Assembly: GCF_001194135.2 (NCBI RefSeq)
Contig: NC_068984.1
Span: forward strand, 119,466,778-119,530,777
DNA: 64,000 bases
Direction: 5' to 3'
Origin: Octopus bimaculoides
Lineage: Eukaryota
Each line of letters opens with the position of its first letter. The stretch's first letter is position 1. Made by a program: the position numbers and the translations under genes. Of the stretch, positions 37,201 to 51,300 are shown in pieces. The notes under the pieces were generated by a model. The model saw only the letters and a list, made by a program, of their open reading frames with translations. It ran no database searches and was not told the origin of the DNA.

Positions 37201-40200
37201 CACTACATGAGAATTAATCTAATATTAGGTGTATTTGAGCAACTATTCAGAATAAATATATTTGCTGGCTTTCAAGGGAAAATCGGCTCTTGTGTAATCC
37301 CTACAAAAGTTCATTGGAGTTGATAAATTTAGTATTTATATAAAATCGTATGGTTTTAGCTGGGTGTAAAAAGAATTTGTTGCCACTTTGGTCTCTTGAA
37401 ATTTCAGAGAATCTGAAAAGGAACTTCTTAATGCAATGGTTGAATCTGTGTTACTTTATGACACTTCCATCTGGACATTAACCAAAGAGCTTAAAACTAT
37501 GCTGGATGGCATCTACATATGCATATGCCCTGAATAGAACAACTCACCAAGGTAAGATTATTCAGTAAGTTTCTCACTTTGCTGGACATTACTTGAGAAG
37601 TAAGAAGAAGCTAGTTAGTGCACTCTATTCTGGACACCTCAACATGGTTGTAATTGCATTGGTCATCCTAAGAAGACATACTGTGATCACTTAACAGATA
37701 ACACTGGATGCCACTGAAAGGAACATCCTATGGCAAACAGCGATGGGTGAAAGATCAGGGTCATACAAATCTGAGTAAGCTCAAGCAGATGATGAGATGG
37801 AGGAGACGGATAGTATTTTGGTGCTGTTGAATGAGAGAAGCTTGAGTTAATATTACAGAATCCTTTGAAGTTTTATTCTCAGAGGTATTTGTATACCTAG
37901 CAGAAGGTGTTGAGTAGCCTGAGACAAAAAGATGAAGTAATGTCTGCAGTATAGAATATTTGTTAATGTAAAGAAGAAATAGTGTGTGAGTCTAACCACA
38001 GAAGTACACAAGAAGTGATAAAGAGAGGACCAGTAAACTGTTGTGATGGAGAGATCAGGCAGTGATGATCTAATATTAAAGATGAATAAAGCTCATAGAA
38101 AGTAACTTTGTCAGAAGATTTTCAGTGTGAAGCAGAACTTTGCTGATGGAAGGGGCAACAACTTTGCCTACGTTTAACTTTTTGTAGAAAAAAGACCACT
38201 GGTATGGACATAGAGAAAAATATTGCAGAAACCTTGCTAGATATGAGTGGAGGGAAAGAGGTTCGGTGTGGCAAAGGAAGAGATAGTTCCTTAATTACAA
38301 TTATTCTCATTATCTTTGAGATCACAGAAGTGAAAGTAACAGGCTGGAAGCTTATGAGGTCTAAGAGCTTGCTTTTATTATGATTGGGTTACAGTACTTT
38401 TTTTACATATACTGAGAGAGAAAGTCCCTTAGTTCACTGTTTAATCTCTGCTCTTGACTATACAGTTTTTATAGCTGGTAACATCAAAGAGTCATACCCA
38501 ACTTCAACAATGTTAAATGAGAGAACCTCAATGTAATTGCTTGACCTGCTTACAACAGCAGCCAAATTTATCTCAAATAATACAATCACCTTCCAAACAT
38601 TTTAAACAATAAATTTTGCAAAGCAAATAGTAATACAAATTTTGTTATGAGGCAGAAATCAAAATCCATTTTTACTATGTCATGTTAAAACTATAATATA
38701 TTCACACATAAATATATGTTTGGATTAGACAAATATATTGTAATCAAGGCATTGTTTTACAGCCGGCTGCCTTTCTTGTCACTAGTCCATACTTGTTTTT
38801 CAGGTAAAGGGAACTCTTATTCCACATGCCTTGAAAAGCACGGAACCAGCAAAAGATATACTAACAGAGAAGAGACAATAACGTACACCACTTGTAGCTC
38901 AGCAGTTTTCCATGCAAAGTGCATAGGATGGAAACATTTGCACCAACACACACACACACACATGTATACATATAAGTACATATAGACACTCACAAAAATA
39001 TGTATATACATTTTTCAGCCTATCAAATCCATAAGGCTACAGTAGAAAACCCACAGTATCATCAACTATACAATGAAACTGAACCCAAAACCTTGTAGTT
39101 AAGAAGCAAACTTCTTAACAGTACAGCCTGCCTTGACTTAAATGACTTTCTCAAAGCAGGAAGGAAAGTATGCATGATCCTTTTTAAGGCTTCTGAGATT
39201 GTTGGAAGGAAGGGAGGAAGTTTTTCTAAGCCTGGGCACATGACTTGGACATCAGCAACAAGATATATACTGCTGAAAGTATCCTTGGACCAGATAGTGG
39301 CGTAAAACCAAGTGAGGGATTACACAACCATCAAAGAACAAGGACAGCTTCCTGATGGGTATCCAAATGATTTCCATCTACCTAATTTCTCTCAAAAAGT
39401 TTTAGTGAACCTAAGGCTACAATAGAAGATAGTTGCTCAAAGTGTCAGTAGTGAAATTGAATCTGAAATCCTGACTCATACTTGTACCCTTAATTTTCTT
39501 ATATGTTTTCCCAAATTTACTATAGGCTGCACAGGAAACCCTGCAAGTTACACATCCTACAAAGCACATATGCCAACCTAGATTAATGCATTTATATTAC
39601 CAATACCTATGTCTTATGAATATATATCATATCCAAACAAGTAATGGCAAGGTGTCTTTCAGATTGTAAACTGTACAAGCCAGCTCTATATTTTATTACA
39701 ACAATGAAATATGATTAATTTAAATAAAATTTCCAAAAGATGTATTTTTGTCATGGAATTAATAAACGTTATTCGATCATCAAATAAGCAATGGTAATTT
39801 AATGAACTACTAAACAAAAGCTTGTAAATATACAAACTGGAAAAAAACCACCCAATAAAGATGTGATTCTGAGTCCATTTCTGGGTTCCCAGTGTGTGAC
39901 ATCTACAGCCTCAAGTTGACCAATATTATGTGGTGTGGAATTTGATAAGCAGGAATTACAGAAAAGTCTGTCATGTGTGTGTGTGTGTGCGTGTTTCTGT
40001 GTGTATCGTGCATAATACTTGTCAAACTGTATGCATGTGTATAATACTTTGTTAGCGGAATTTTATAGATGGAAAGCTCACAAATGTACACATTGTCATT
40101 ACCATTTTAGCATCCTCTTTTCCACGTGTGCCTGGGTGAGAGAAGACTTTATTGAGGTAGAATTTTCTATGGCTATTTTCTCTTCTTGCCACTAACATTC

Positions 40201-43200
40201 ATCTGTTTCCTAACAAAGTAATATTTCCCTTTATCTCTTGAACAATGCAGAGCCCATACACACACAAACACACACAAAAAAAAAAAAAAAGGGTCATGAG
40301 TATAGTTTGAGAGTATTTACATGTAACATCATCATCATCATCATCGTTTAACGTCCGCTTTCCATGCTAGCATGGGTTGGACGATTTGACTGAAGACTGG
40401 TGGAACCCGAAGGCTACACCAGGCTCCAATCTCATCTGGCAGAGTTTCTACAGCTGGATGTCCTTCCTAATGCCAACCACTCCGAGAGTGTAGTAGGTGC
40501 TTTTATGTGTCACCGGCACGAAGGCCAGTCAGGCGATACTGGCAACGGCCACGCTCAAAATGGTGTATTTTATGTGCCAATCGCACAAGAGCCAGTCCAG
40601 GGGCACTGGCAATGATCTCGCTCGAAAGTCCTTACACATGCTGCAGGCACAAATGCCAGAAAGGTGACGCTGGGCACAGGTGCCATCACAATTTCGCTTG
40701 CTCCAATAGGTCTTCGCAAGCTGAGTTTCGTGTCCAGTGAAGGGGTAATTACCAACTGTTTCAGTGGTAATTACCAACTGATTATGCATTTATAGCAACA
40801 ACCTTGTATGAAGTGGGGATGAAAGGTTTTGTAAGTAAATACTTACAAAATTTACTCTCCAGTTTTTTTATTTTATATATACACTGTAACCATTAAAACC
40901 AATGAGATCTGTAATATGAATTTTCAATACAGAGAGCAATGGAAGATATGGGGTTCTATCACAATACTTAGATGTAGTCCACCTTAACAACTGGGAAATT
41001 GATACTTTATAAATGCATGCACACACACACACCCAGTGCAAACTGTGGATGCACAAGAAGTGTAGTGAGATCACAAACTTCATGAGCAACAGGTGCACCT
41101 GCAAAGTAGGTAATAAGAGCACTAGTGATATAAGCTCCATCCAAAAGCCAGGTGGTTCTCTACAAATAATTGATAGCTTCTGTGACCTAATTAGTTGTGT
41201 GAGTGGGTGTTCTAAACAGCATAGTAACCAGATTCAGAACTGGTTGGAGAAGGTTCAGACAGCTATTACTTCTGCTAGCAACAAAGGGCTTCACCCACAG
41301 TGAAGAGCATACATAGTTGAGTGTGTATTTCCTTTGTCTTCACATATGCACACTGATAGTAAACAAAGTGTCCCTGTTCATACAAAAGATGTTACTTGTC
41401 TGCAATATCACATGAATGTATATCTGGGCTCTGCATAGTTCAAGAGACAAGAGGAGGTATTAACTTGCCAAGAAACAGGTGAAGGCTAGTGACAAGAAGA
41501 GCATATGGCCATAAAAAATTCTACCTTAAGACGTCTCTGACTCAGGCACACATGGAAAAGTGGATGCTAAAAATGGTAATGATAATGTCGTGTACATGAG
41601 CATTTACATAATTATCATCAATCAAATTCCACTAACAAAATATTATACACATGCACACAGTCTGACAAGTCATTTTTGCAATTTTCTGCTCATTAAAAAA
41701 AATAAGACACACACATACACACATATATATACATACACACATACATATATACATACACATATACACATACATATACATATATCAGGTCATCCCATAAGTT
41801 CTGTCTGATTTTACCATTTTTAAAATTGAAATATGCATACATATATACACATACATATGTATATATATATATATACACATACGTATAAATATATATATAT
41901 ATATANNNNNNNNNNNNNNNNNNNNNNNNNNNNNNNNNNNNNNNNNNNNNNNNNNNNNNNNNNNNNNNNNNNNNNNNNNNNNNNNNNNNNNNNNNNNNNN
42001 NNNNNNNNNNNNNNNNNNNNNNNNNNNNNNNNNNNNNNNNNNNNNNNNNNNNNNNNNNNNNNNNNNNNNNNNNNNNNNNNNNNNNNNNNNNNNNNNNNNN
42101 NNNNNNNNNNNNNNNNNNNNNNNNNNNNNNNNNNNNNNNNNNNNNNNNNNNNNNNNNNNNNNNNNNNNNNNNNNNNNNNNNNNNNNNNNNNNNNNNNNNN
42201 NNNNNNNNNNNNNNNNNNNNNNNNNNNNNNNNNNNNNNNNNNNNNNNNNNNNNATACATATATATATACACACACACATATATACATGTATATATATACA
42301 CATACACATATATATATACATATACATTCACACATATATACATATACATACACACATATATACATATATACGTGTATATATATATACACACACATATATA
42401 CATATGCACATATATATACACATATACATATACACCTATACATATACACCTATATACATGTACATATATACATATGCACATATACATATACACATATACA
42501 TATACATATTTACATATACATATATATGGGTACAGTGTGTTGAGGATGTTGTGGAATGTTCGTAGATCTTCTTCTGATCTGTTCCAAAACATGAAATAGT
42601 TATCGAGGTAGCGTTTCCACTTTTTCTTGATGTCTTCTCTGAAGTTGTGTTCGAAGACGTTCCCTATTTCATCATATAGTTTGTTCTCAAGGAAACCCAT
42701 CACTAGGTTGGCGTATGAAGGTGCGAATTTCGTACCCATAGCCGTGCCCTTTATCTGTCGGTATGATTTGTTGTTAAATGAGAATGTGTTCTCTTCAAGT
42801 ATTAATTGGGTAACCTTGGTGATAAAGTCTGTTTTGAAACATTTATCTATGAGTTCCCTGTATTTTTCTACCCAGTATTTTATCGCTTCCAGACCCAGGG
42901 TGTGTGGTATGTTCGTGTATAAGTTTGTGACATCGAAGTTTGCAAGTATGGTGTTTTCTGGAACTGTATTTGGAATGTGTGTGAGGAAGTCTATGTCATC
43001 CCTTATGCAGCTTGATATCAGTGGGCATAAAGGTTTGAGGAGTACATCTATGAAGTGGCTTAGTTGCTGTGTTGGTGCTTGGGGGCCTGCAACTATGGGT
43101 CTCATTGTGAGGTCTGCAGGCTTCTGTATTCTTATATAATGGTTCCTCTGTTCATTTATGGCTCTCTGTATTTCCGAGCTTTTATGAATTTTAGGTAATC

Positions 43201-44594
43201 CATAAAAATTGCTTTCTTTGGTTCTTGAGCTGCATAAATAATCTTTCTCCTTGTCTGTAAAGGAGTCCTGGTATTCATTGATTAATGTTCCTATTTTTTT
43301 TTAATGTTGCTTTCTCCGGTTGTGTTGATTCCTCTTTGTAGTATGTCTGGTTATTAAGTATCTCTAGTATCTTTCCTTTGTAGCAATCTGTATCCATAAT
43401 TACTATTGCTCCACCTTTGTCAGCTTCTTTTAAAATGATCAACTTGTCCTTTTTTAGTGTTTGTAAGGCTTGTTTTTCTCCCCTGCAGAGGTTCTGTTTG
43501 CATTTATGTATGTTGAGAGGGAATTTGGAGATTGTCTCTATGTATGCGTCTAGGTGTTTGTCACATCCCTTGTGAGCGGTGAAATGGGATTTTTTTCTTA
43601 TGATTGAGTTATCTTCTGTTTCCTTATTTTCAAAGAATTCCATAAGGCAGAGGTGGTGGCTGAAGTTGTCTATATCAGTTTTTAGTTCTATGAGATTTGG
43701 TGTGGGTGTAAATTTGAGGCCTTTTAGTAGTAGGTTCATTTCACTTTCACTAAGTTCTCTTTTAGATAGGTTTATTATTTTGGGGTCTATGTGTTTTGTG
43801 TGTTCATTCGAAATTTTTGGTGTGTTGTGTCTGGAGTATGGTTGAAGTATCCTTTCCCTAAAAAAGGATGGAAGTCCTTGAGGTGACAATTCTAACAGGA
43901 AAGGCAAGTGGCGATACTGTTTTCATCCCTAGAATTCCACTGATTCCATCTGACTTGGCTGTGGAATTCAAGCGGCTACAATTCCCAGTCAAACAAAGTT
44001 TTGCCATGAGCATAAATAAAGCCCAAGACCAGTCATTGGAGGTAGTTGGACTTAACCTCACTGAACCTGCCTTGTCTCATGGCCAACTATACATAGGATG
44101 CTCAAGAGTTGGCAATCCTCAAAACCTTTTCATCTACAGCCAAGACAGAAAGACAAAAAATATTGTCTACCAAGAGGCGTTACAGGACTGAATTTCATCA
44201 AACAAGATCAAAAAATACAGCCAAGTCTTCAATCCTTCCATGAAGACATCTTTGGAGATAGCCACCTCACAACTCCACTTTAAGTACCTTTTACAAATGT
44301 GAACTCATTTTCTCAAGGTCTTCATTTATTACTTCAGCCTCACTTCGCTGCACCACTGAACACGTCATTGTCAGCTGCAAAAACTCTGCTCTGTCAACAA
44401 AACTCCATCGTATGATCTGACCATTTTTACTCCGCCTGCCACACATCTACACATCCCGCAACAGCCTGCTGAACCAGATATAACATCTTAATGGGTAATA
44501 GTTGGCACGGGGAACGTAGAAAATTTCAATACAAGATCAGAGGTATGCTTAACTTCAACACAGAAAACACAAGCAATGCCAGGTCCAACAGCTA

Positions 44595-44648
<54 letters not shown>

Positions 44649-44733
44649 TCATCATCATCATCATCATTGTTTAATGTCCGCTTTACCAGGCTAGCATGGA
44701 TTGGACGATTTGACTGAGGACTGGCAATCTGAT

Positions 44734-44768
<35 letters not shown>

Positions 44769-45333
44769 GCAGGCCAATATTCCCTCTTTTTGGGAAGCTA
44801 ATCTATCACAGGGTTACCCATTTACAGCTGAGTGGACTGGAGCAATGTGAAAGAAAGTGTTTTGCTCAAGAACACAACATGTACTTGGTCCAGGAATTGA
44901 AGCAAACAATTGTGAGTGCAACACACTAACCACATGCTCCTTTATCTATAATATATTAAAAGTCAGTTTGAATCTTGCTTGCTTGCTTGTAATGTTACCC
45001 AGCCAAACTGTAGCATAATGGGAAAATACTATGAATTAACTTTACCCTGAAATGTTAATACAAACAGAAGGAAACAAGTTTTACATAAAACAGAGCAGTA
45101 GTTATTGAGATATTTGGGGTTTAAGGGTATAAATACCCAAAACGGTGCATAATGGGAAAGTGTTCCAAATTTAACTTCATCCTGAAAAGGAAGAAACTCT
45201 AACCTTTCGATGCCACATTCGTTGAAAACATGTGAAATAACCTGTAAAAGAAAAAACCCACAAAACAAAACTCCATTGCTAGGAAACTCAGAGTTTCCTA
45301 GTGACCCAACAGGTCACGGGTAGTTTGGTATAA

Positions 45334-45364
<31 letters not shown>

Positions 45365-48300
45365 TATATATATATATATANNNNNNNNNNNNNNNNNNNN
45401 NNNNNNNNNNNNNNNNNNNNNNNNNNNNNNNNNNNNNNNNNNNNNNNNNNNNNNNNNATAATTATAAGTATTTATTCTATCCTAATAAATAATAATTCTG
45501 ATAGAATAAATGGGTTAATAGAAACCAAGGTAGCAAAGATCACAAAATAACTGTGGTGTAATTCCTGTTGGTGAGGCAGAAACTCCTTGATATTTTGGGT
45601 ATTTGAGTATATTTAAAAATTTAAGGAATGGAGAAAACGCACACACACACACTCATGTATTGAATTCTATTTAACCAGTTTGTTCTACCAAACCTGTATG
45701 TATACTTGTAACAGCTGTCACTTGCATGACTTGATGGCATGTAGTAAACTTTCATTAATTGCTTTAGGTACCCATGAAGTCACAAGCAGACATACACACC
45801 CTTTTGATCAATCCCCTCTCAATCTTGACACACCAATTTATGCAGAGTGTGACAACTGCAGAGACAGAGAATTACCTCTGCACTCAGTTGGAGCTCATTA
45901 TAGCTGAGTATACTGGAACGATGTGAAATGAAATGCATTGCTGAAGCACACAGTGCACTGTCTAGTCCATGGATTGAATTGACAACTTTATGATTGTGAA
46001 CCAAACACTTTAACCACGAGGTCATGCACTTTCATATAAAGCCTGATAATGTTGTTTATACTGTGTCACTTTATGCCTCCATAACTTAGCAGTTTGACAA
46101 ACAGAGTCACTAAAATAAGTACCAGAGACTGAAACAGATATTAGTACTGATATGATCAACTGAAACTTTTGAAGGAAGTATCCCAGTCTGGTTGTAGCCA
46201 AATAATTGAAACTAATCAAAGTAGAATACCTACTGTTCCACTCTCTCTCTTTTTTTTCTTCATATTTTTCATTGATATCAACAACACCATCTTTTCCCTG
46301 GAAGATGAAAAAAAAAAAATGATAATAATAATCTTTTCTACTATAGGCACAAAGTCTGGAATTTGTGGGGAGGGGTATAGTCAATCACATGAACCCCAAT
46401 GTTTCACTGGTACTTGATTTATTGACCATGATTGTTTATTTTTAGAATGACATTGTAGGGTAGGTGTGAGAGGCCAGATCTTGCCAGTTTGAACATAAAA
46501 CAAGTAGAATATTTGGGCTTGGTATGGCCAGTTTAAATGCTAAAGGGTAAGGAATTATTCCCTAAATGAGGTGCATTCATCTTAAATATGATCAATAAAT
46601 ACATCATCATTATAATTGTCATTTACCACCACACAAGTGGTGCTGTTCATTTCCAATCTTCCATGTAAATATGTCTAACCATGAGGAAATATTACCTTGC
46701 TTGGAAACAGGTGATGATTGGCAATGGAAAGGGCATCCAGCCATAGAAAGTTTGCCTTCAATAAATTGCACCTGAACCATGCAAGCATGGAAAAATGGAC
46801 ATTAAAACGATGACAATTTTTTATACTGAGTCAATTTTGAACAGCAGTTGTTTTATAAAACAATGTTTAAGTTTACTTTAGTCTGACTTCCAGCATTCAT
46901 ACGGTTTCAATATAACAAAAATCACTTGTTATAATTGCCTCATCATGAGTATTCTTTAGTTTGTCACGGCTTACATCCTGCAGATTATTGCATTCTCACA
47001 AGCACACAACATCCTTCTCATCTCATGACTACATTAACAGAGTCAATACACTTGCATTGCAGTTGTGAATGAGATGTAATTATGCTAGTACTGGCCAAAA
47101 TACATATATCACCTAGTCGGATTGGTAAAAACTCCAGTAGGACAAGTAATACTTGTCAGAAGAATGACTGAACCCAGTATAAGGTCAATGACCATTTAAC
47201 AATATCGTGGGCTATTGGTTATTTCTGGGCTATGTCCAGTATGTCGTAGGACCACTATGAGTGAGAGACTACTTAGCTTTTGTTAATGTATGTCTTTCAG
47301 GGAAGGCATTAATCTCTACACAGCTATGCCAGCAGTATAATCAGGTGGGCAATCTGGGCTTTGCAACCTTAGAAGGCACACAGACTAGAAGGACAACTTA
47401 GCTTTGCTGGAAACAAAACAACTTCTCAGCTTGTTAGTGTCATGATAAAATGCACACAATACACCCTGTGAAGTGGCTGACAATAGGAAGAGTATTCAAC
47501 TAAAGAAAACATGCCAAAAATAGAACACAGAAGCTGAGATGTAGTGTCTGGCTCATCTAGAAGGGCAGCAACTCTGAGTAAGAACTGACTGCTCCAATTC
47601 GTGCCAGCAGGGAAAAGAGGATCTAAAATGATGATGGCCAATGATGACAAAGACAACTTCCAAGTTTCAATACTGTCTGAGATACCTAAGCAAACATACA
47701 AGCAAAGAAACTGGACAAAACAGCGTCTGAATTTTGGGCAGTTGGATATGTTAGAAACAGGAATGATTTCAGTCATGTACAACATTATTGGTTCTCATCT
47801 AGAATCATCATCACCATTATTTAATATTCATTTCCCCTGCTAGCATGGACTGGACAGTTTGACAGGATCCAGTGAGCTGTAGGGCTGCAATGTGTTCCAT
47901 GCTAACTTTGGCATGGTTTGTAGAGCTAGATATCCTTCCTGATGCCAAATAACACCAGAATGAAACTGAAACTTTATTTCATTTTTACTTTCAACCAAGA
48001 TGATTAGGAATTGTCTTTTCATCAAAATACTGCAAAAGCAAAACTTAGGTACATTGTTTAAATTTCTAATTTGATAGATGAACAATATATCGTAGCAGAG
48101 CATACAAAAACATACCATGATTCTCGTTTATGATACTTGCAACACCATGTATAACTTTAAAAACTACATGAGCTCTCAACTTGTATTATAAATCAAAGAG
48201 AAACAATAACGTACTTCACTGAGCTGTTTCAATTCATCTGTAAAACCTGTACGGTTTACAAGAAGATTCCTTTGTTGCTCTAAGTCTTTAATTTGTTGAT

Positions 48301-51300
48301 CAATTGCTGAAAAAGAAATTTTAAAATTCATGATGCAGTTCGTTCAACTGGTACTTAATAACCAATGCCTAAAGTGTAGTCTGAAGAAGGTGACAGTGTA
48401 GGAGAAGCTGAGTATGGTAGGAGATGATATAGTTAAACTGAAACTGGTTGGAAGTTACTGAGAGATAGTTTGTTAGAAGCTGCTGTTGATGTATGTGGAT
48501 GGACAAGAAGCCCACCAAAACATTTGGAAATGTTGACAGTTGGGTGATTAAGTTAAAAAGGAGAAGAGGAAGAATGTCAAATAATGGCAGAGAATGAGAG
48601 GTACAGTAGCAGAAAAAGCAGTGATAAAAGTTACAAAACAGCTAATAAAGCTACAAAAAGTAGGAAAGGACAGAAAGTAGAGGAAATGTCTGGAGTTATA
48701 TGGATTCAGAGGAGGGTCAGACAAGTGCTTTGCAAAGAAATTAGCCAGAGAAAGAAGGTGGGGAGAATGTGATGTGACAGGGTGAGTTACATAAAGGATG
48801 AAGTGGGACAAATTGTTATGGATTCAGATAGAATTTAAGGGAAGATGGAAGAGATACATGGAAGTGCTGTTGAATGACAAGAATTATTAAGATTGCAAGG
48901 TGAGTAATCCAGTTCTAGGACTGTTAGAAGAGATAACTGAAAAGGTTGAAGAAGCAATGGGTAATGAAGAATGTAATGGCTGAGAATCAATAGGCATTGT
49001 AGGAGACATGTTAAAGGCAGCAGGAAGTTAGAGTGAAAAGAAATGAATTGGGAGTTGAGCACTCTTGTTTCTCTGTACAGGGGGCAAGGAGATCTTCTGG
49101 GCAATGGTTCATATAGGGCAATTAAGCTACTGAAATATGGAATGTAGGTAATAGAAACAATCTTAAATAAGAGGGTAAGGAAGAAAGTGAAGATCAACAG
49201 TGGCTAAAGGGAGATGCGCATAAAAGAAATTCCAGAGAGTGAACAATATGCTAATGGGGAGAGGCATCTTGCTGAAACCAAAGGGAAAGATATGTGATAT
49301 AGGCGAGACATGGATAATGAACATGGAGCAGCAAAAAAGGCTGGAAAGAACAGAAATAAGACTGTTTAGGTTGATGAGCAGAGCATCAATGAGTGAGAGA
49401 GAGAGGAAGAGAAACTATGAATTGTAGAGAATAATAAGGATGGAGCTCGTGGTGAATACTATGGGGAGAAATTCTTGAGATGGTTCAGTCATAAGTTGAG
49501 GAAGACTGAAAGTGACTGGGTGAGAAAAGTGATGAAGAGAATATGAAAGGAAATATAAGGGAAAAACTGAGAAACGACATTGTTAAAGGTGATGGGAGAA
49601 ACAAGAGAACACGAAGGTTGGTGAAGAAGGATATAGCAGTTAGGGTAAAATGGAGCATGTTATGGGACCTGCAAGGTTAACCCTACTTTTGCAGGGAAAT
49701 GTTTTTGTGTGTTGTATTGTTTCAGCTAAATGGTTGGTTTTCTGAAACTTCAGTTGCATATGATATAAAAAGGGGGAAAAAAAAAGAAGCAAAACAAACT
49801 CAAATTTTAAAACCCAACTGAATATTAGCATTATAGTTTTATGGGGATAATGTTTATGCAATCAAGTGACTACTGATCTGTGCAAGTATGTTAAAAGTGA
49901 ACACTGAATGGCAATGACAAAATTTACTATCAACACATTTAAACTTTATAACAAAAACTATGAAAGCAAAACACACAGAGCAAACAACAGAATAGAGACA
50001 GCAAAGCCATGGGACCAAGTATATATACTATTATTAAAATAACACAGGAACAGACTATGCCATCACTGGCTCACTGGCAAAAGAACCGAGGTGAAAATAT
50101 ATTTTTTTAACTTACATTTTATTCTTCTCTTTACTATATTTGATGCTTGCTTTGCAGACCTCTCAGCAAACCAGTTATCTCCTAACAGAACTAAAATCTC
50201 ATTAGTATGTACAAGTTGTCCAGGCATAAAAGCTTTTGACCCAATTGGAACCTGAAAACAAATCAAATATGGTAAGACAGTATATCTTTTAACAATAGTT
50301 TAATGTTCATATTTTCTAATGCTGCTATTAATTTGGTGCATTTGAAGAACTTTCAGACTCTACTTCTAACATTAGGCTTCAAAACTTTCAATAAGAATGC
50401 TCAGCTTCTGGAGATATCTAAATTGTTTGGCCTACTGTTTCCAGACTAACATTTAATAGCACATATTTATATCTATCCACAACAATTATATTATCTCCTT
50501 TACAAACACCAAATATCTCTTATATCGAATCACTTTGATAAGGCACTATTGCACATAGCGTCCAGTTTAGTTCGTTTATCACCATTAACTAAAATGTTCT
50601 CATTGCACAATCTGTATTTCATAGCAATGCATTATTAAAGCATATTTTACAATCTACCTTTTATATGCAAGTGAGTTCTTGTGATACTAACAAAGAACGT
50701 TTCCCATTCCTTTCTCATATGAGACAATATGCTACCACTGGTCCCACTCACCAGTATTAATTAAATTACTTGGCCATAGGCATGACTGTGTGGTTCAGTT
50801 CACTTCCCAGCCATATGACTTCGAGTTCAGTCTCATTGCATAACTCAAGCAAGTATCTTCTACAATAGCCCTAAGCCAACCAAAGCCTTGTGAGTGGATT
50901 TGATAGATGGAAACTGAAAGGAGCCTATCAAATATGAGTTGAATATCATCATTTAATTTCCATGTTCCATACTGGCATAGGTTGGAAGGTTTGACAAGAT
51001 CCAATAGATCTGAGGATTGTATTGTGCTATGTCTGCTTTAGCATGATTTCTACAGTTTGAGGCCCTTCCTAATATCAGCCATTTTACTGTGCGTGTACTG
51101 GGTGCTTTTTTCATTGTATGTGTAGAAGTGTTAGTGTCTCCTTATCTTGACATTGCAGGATAGTCGTAAGCAAGTGTCACTCTTTTCCAGTATTCCATAA
51201 AAGATGAGCATTTGGTTATAGAAAATTTGCCACAGCAAATTCCATCCAACCAATGCAAGCATGGAAACGCAGACACTAAAACACTGATGATATTTCATCA

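Noticed and set aside
41693-43105. 470-aa ORF as a single protein
   Set aside because: Only the first 190 or so residues are Penelope RT; the rest is TA/CA microsatellite and N-gap read-through.
45204-45241. 38-nt AG/GT-bounded mini-exon as an extra URI1 exon
   Set aside because: Inclusion would shift the frame between exons 5 and 6, and the peptide has no URI similarity.
47426-47843. Overlapping ORFs in a URI1 intron
   Set aside because: No recognisable motifs and not needed by the gene model; probably decayed repeat sequence.
48215-48306. Suspected frameshift in URI1 exon 4
   Set aside because: Recounting gives 92 nt, phase 1 to 0, which joins both neighbouring exons in frame.
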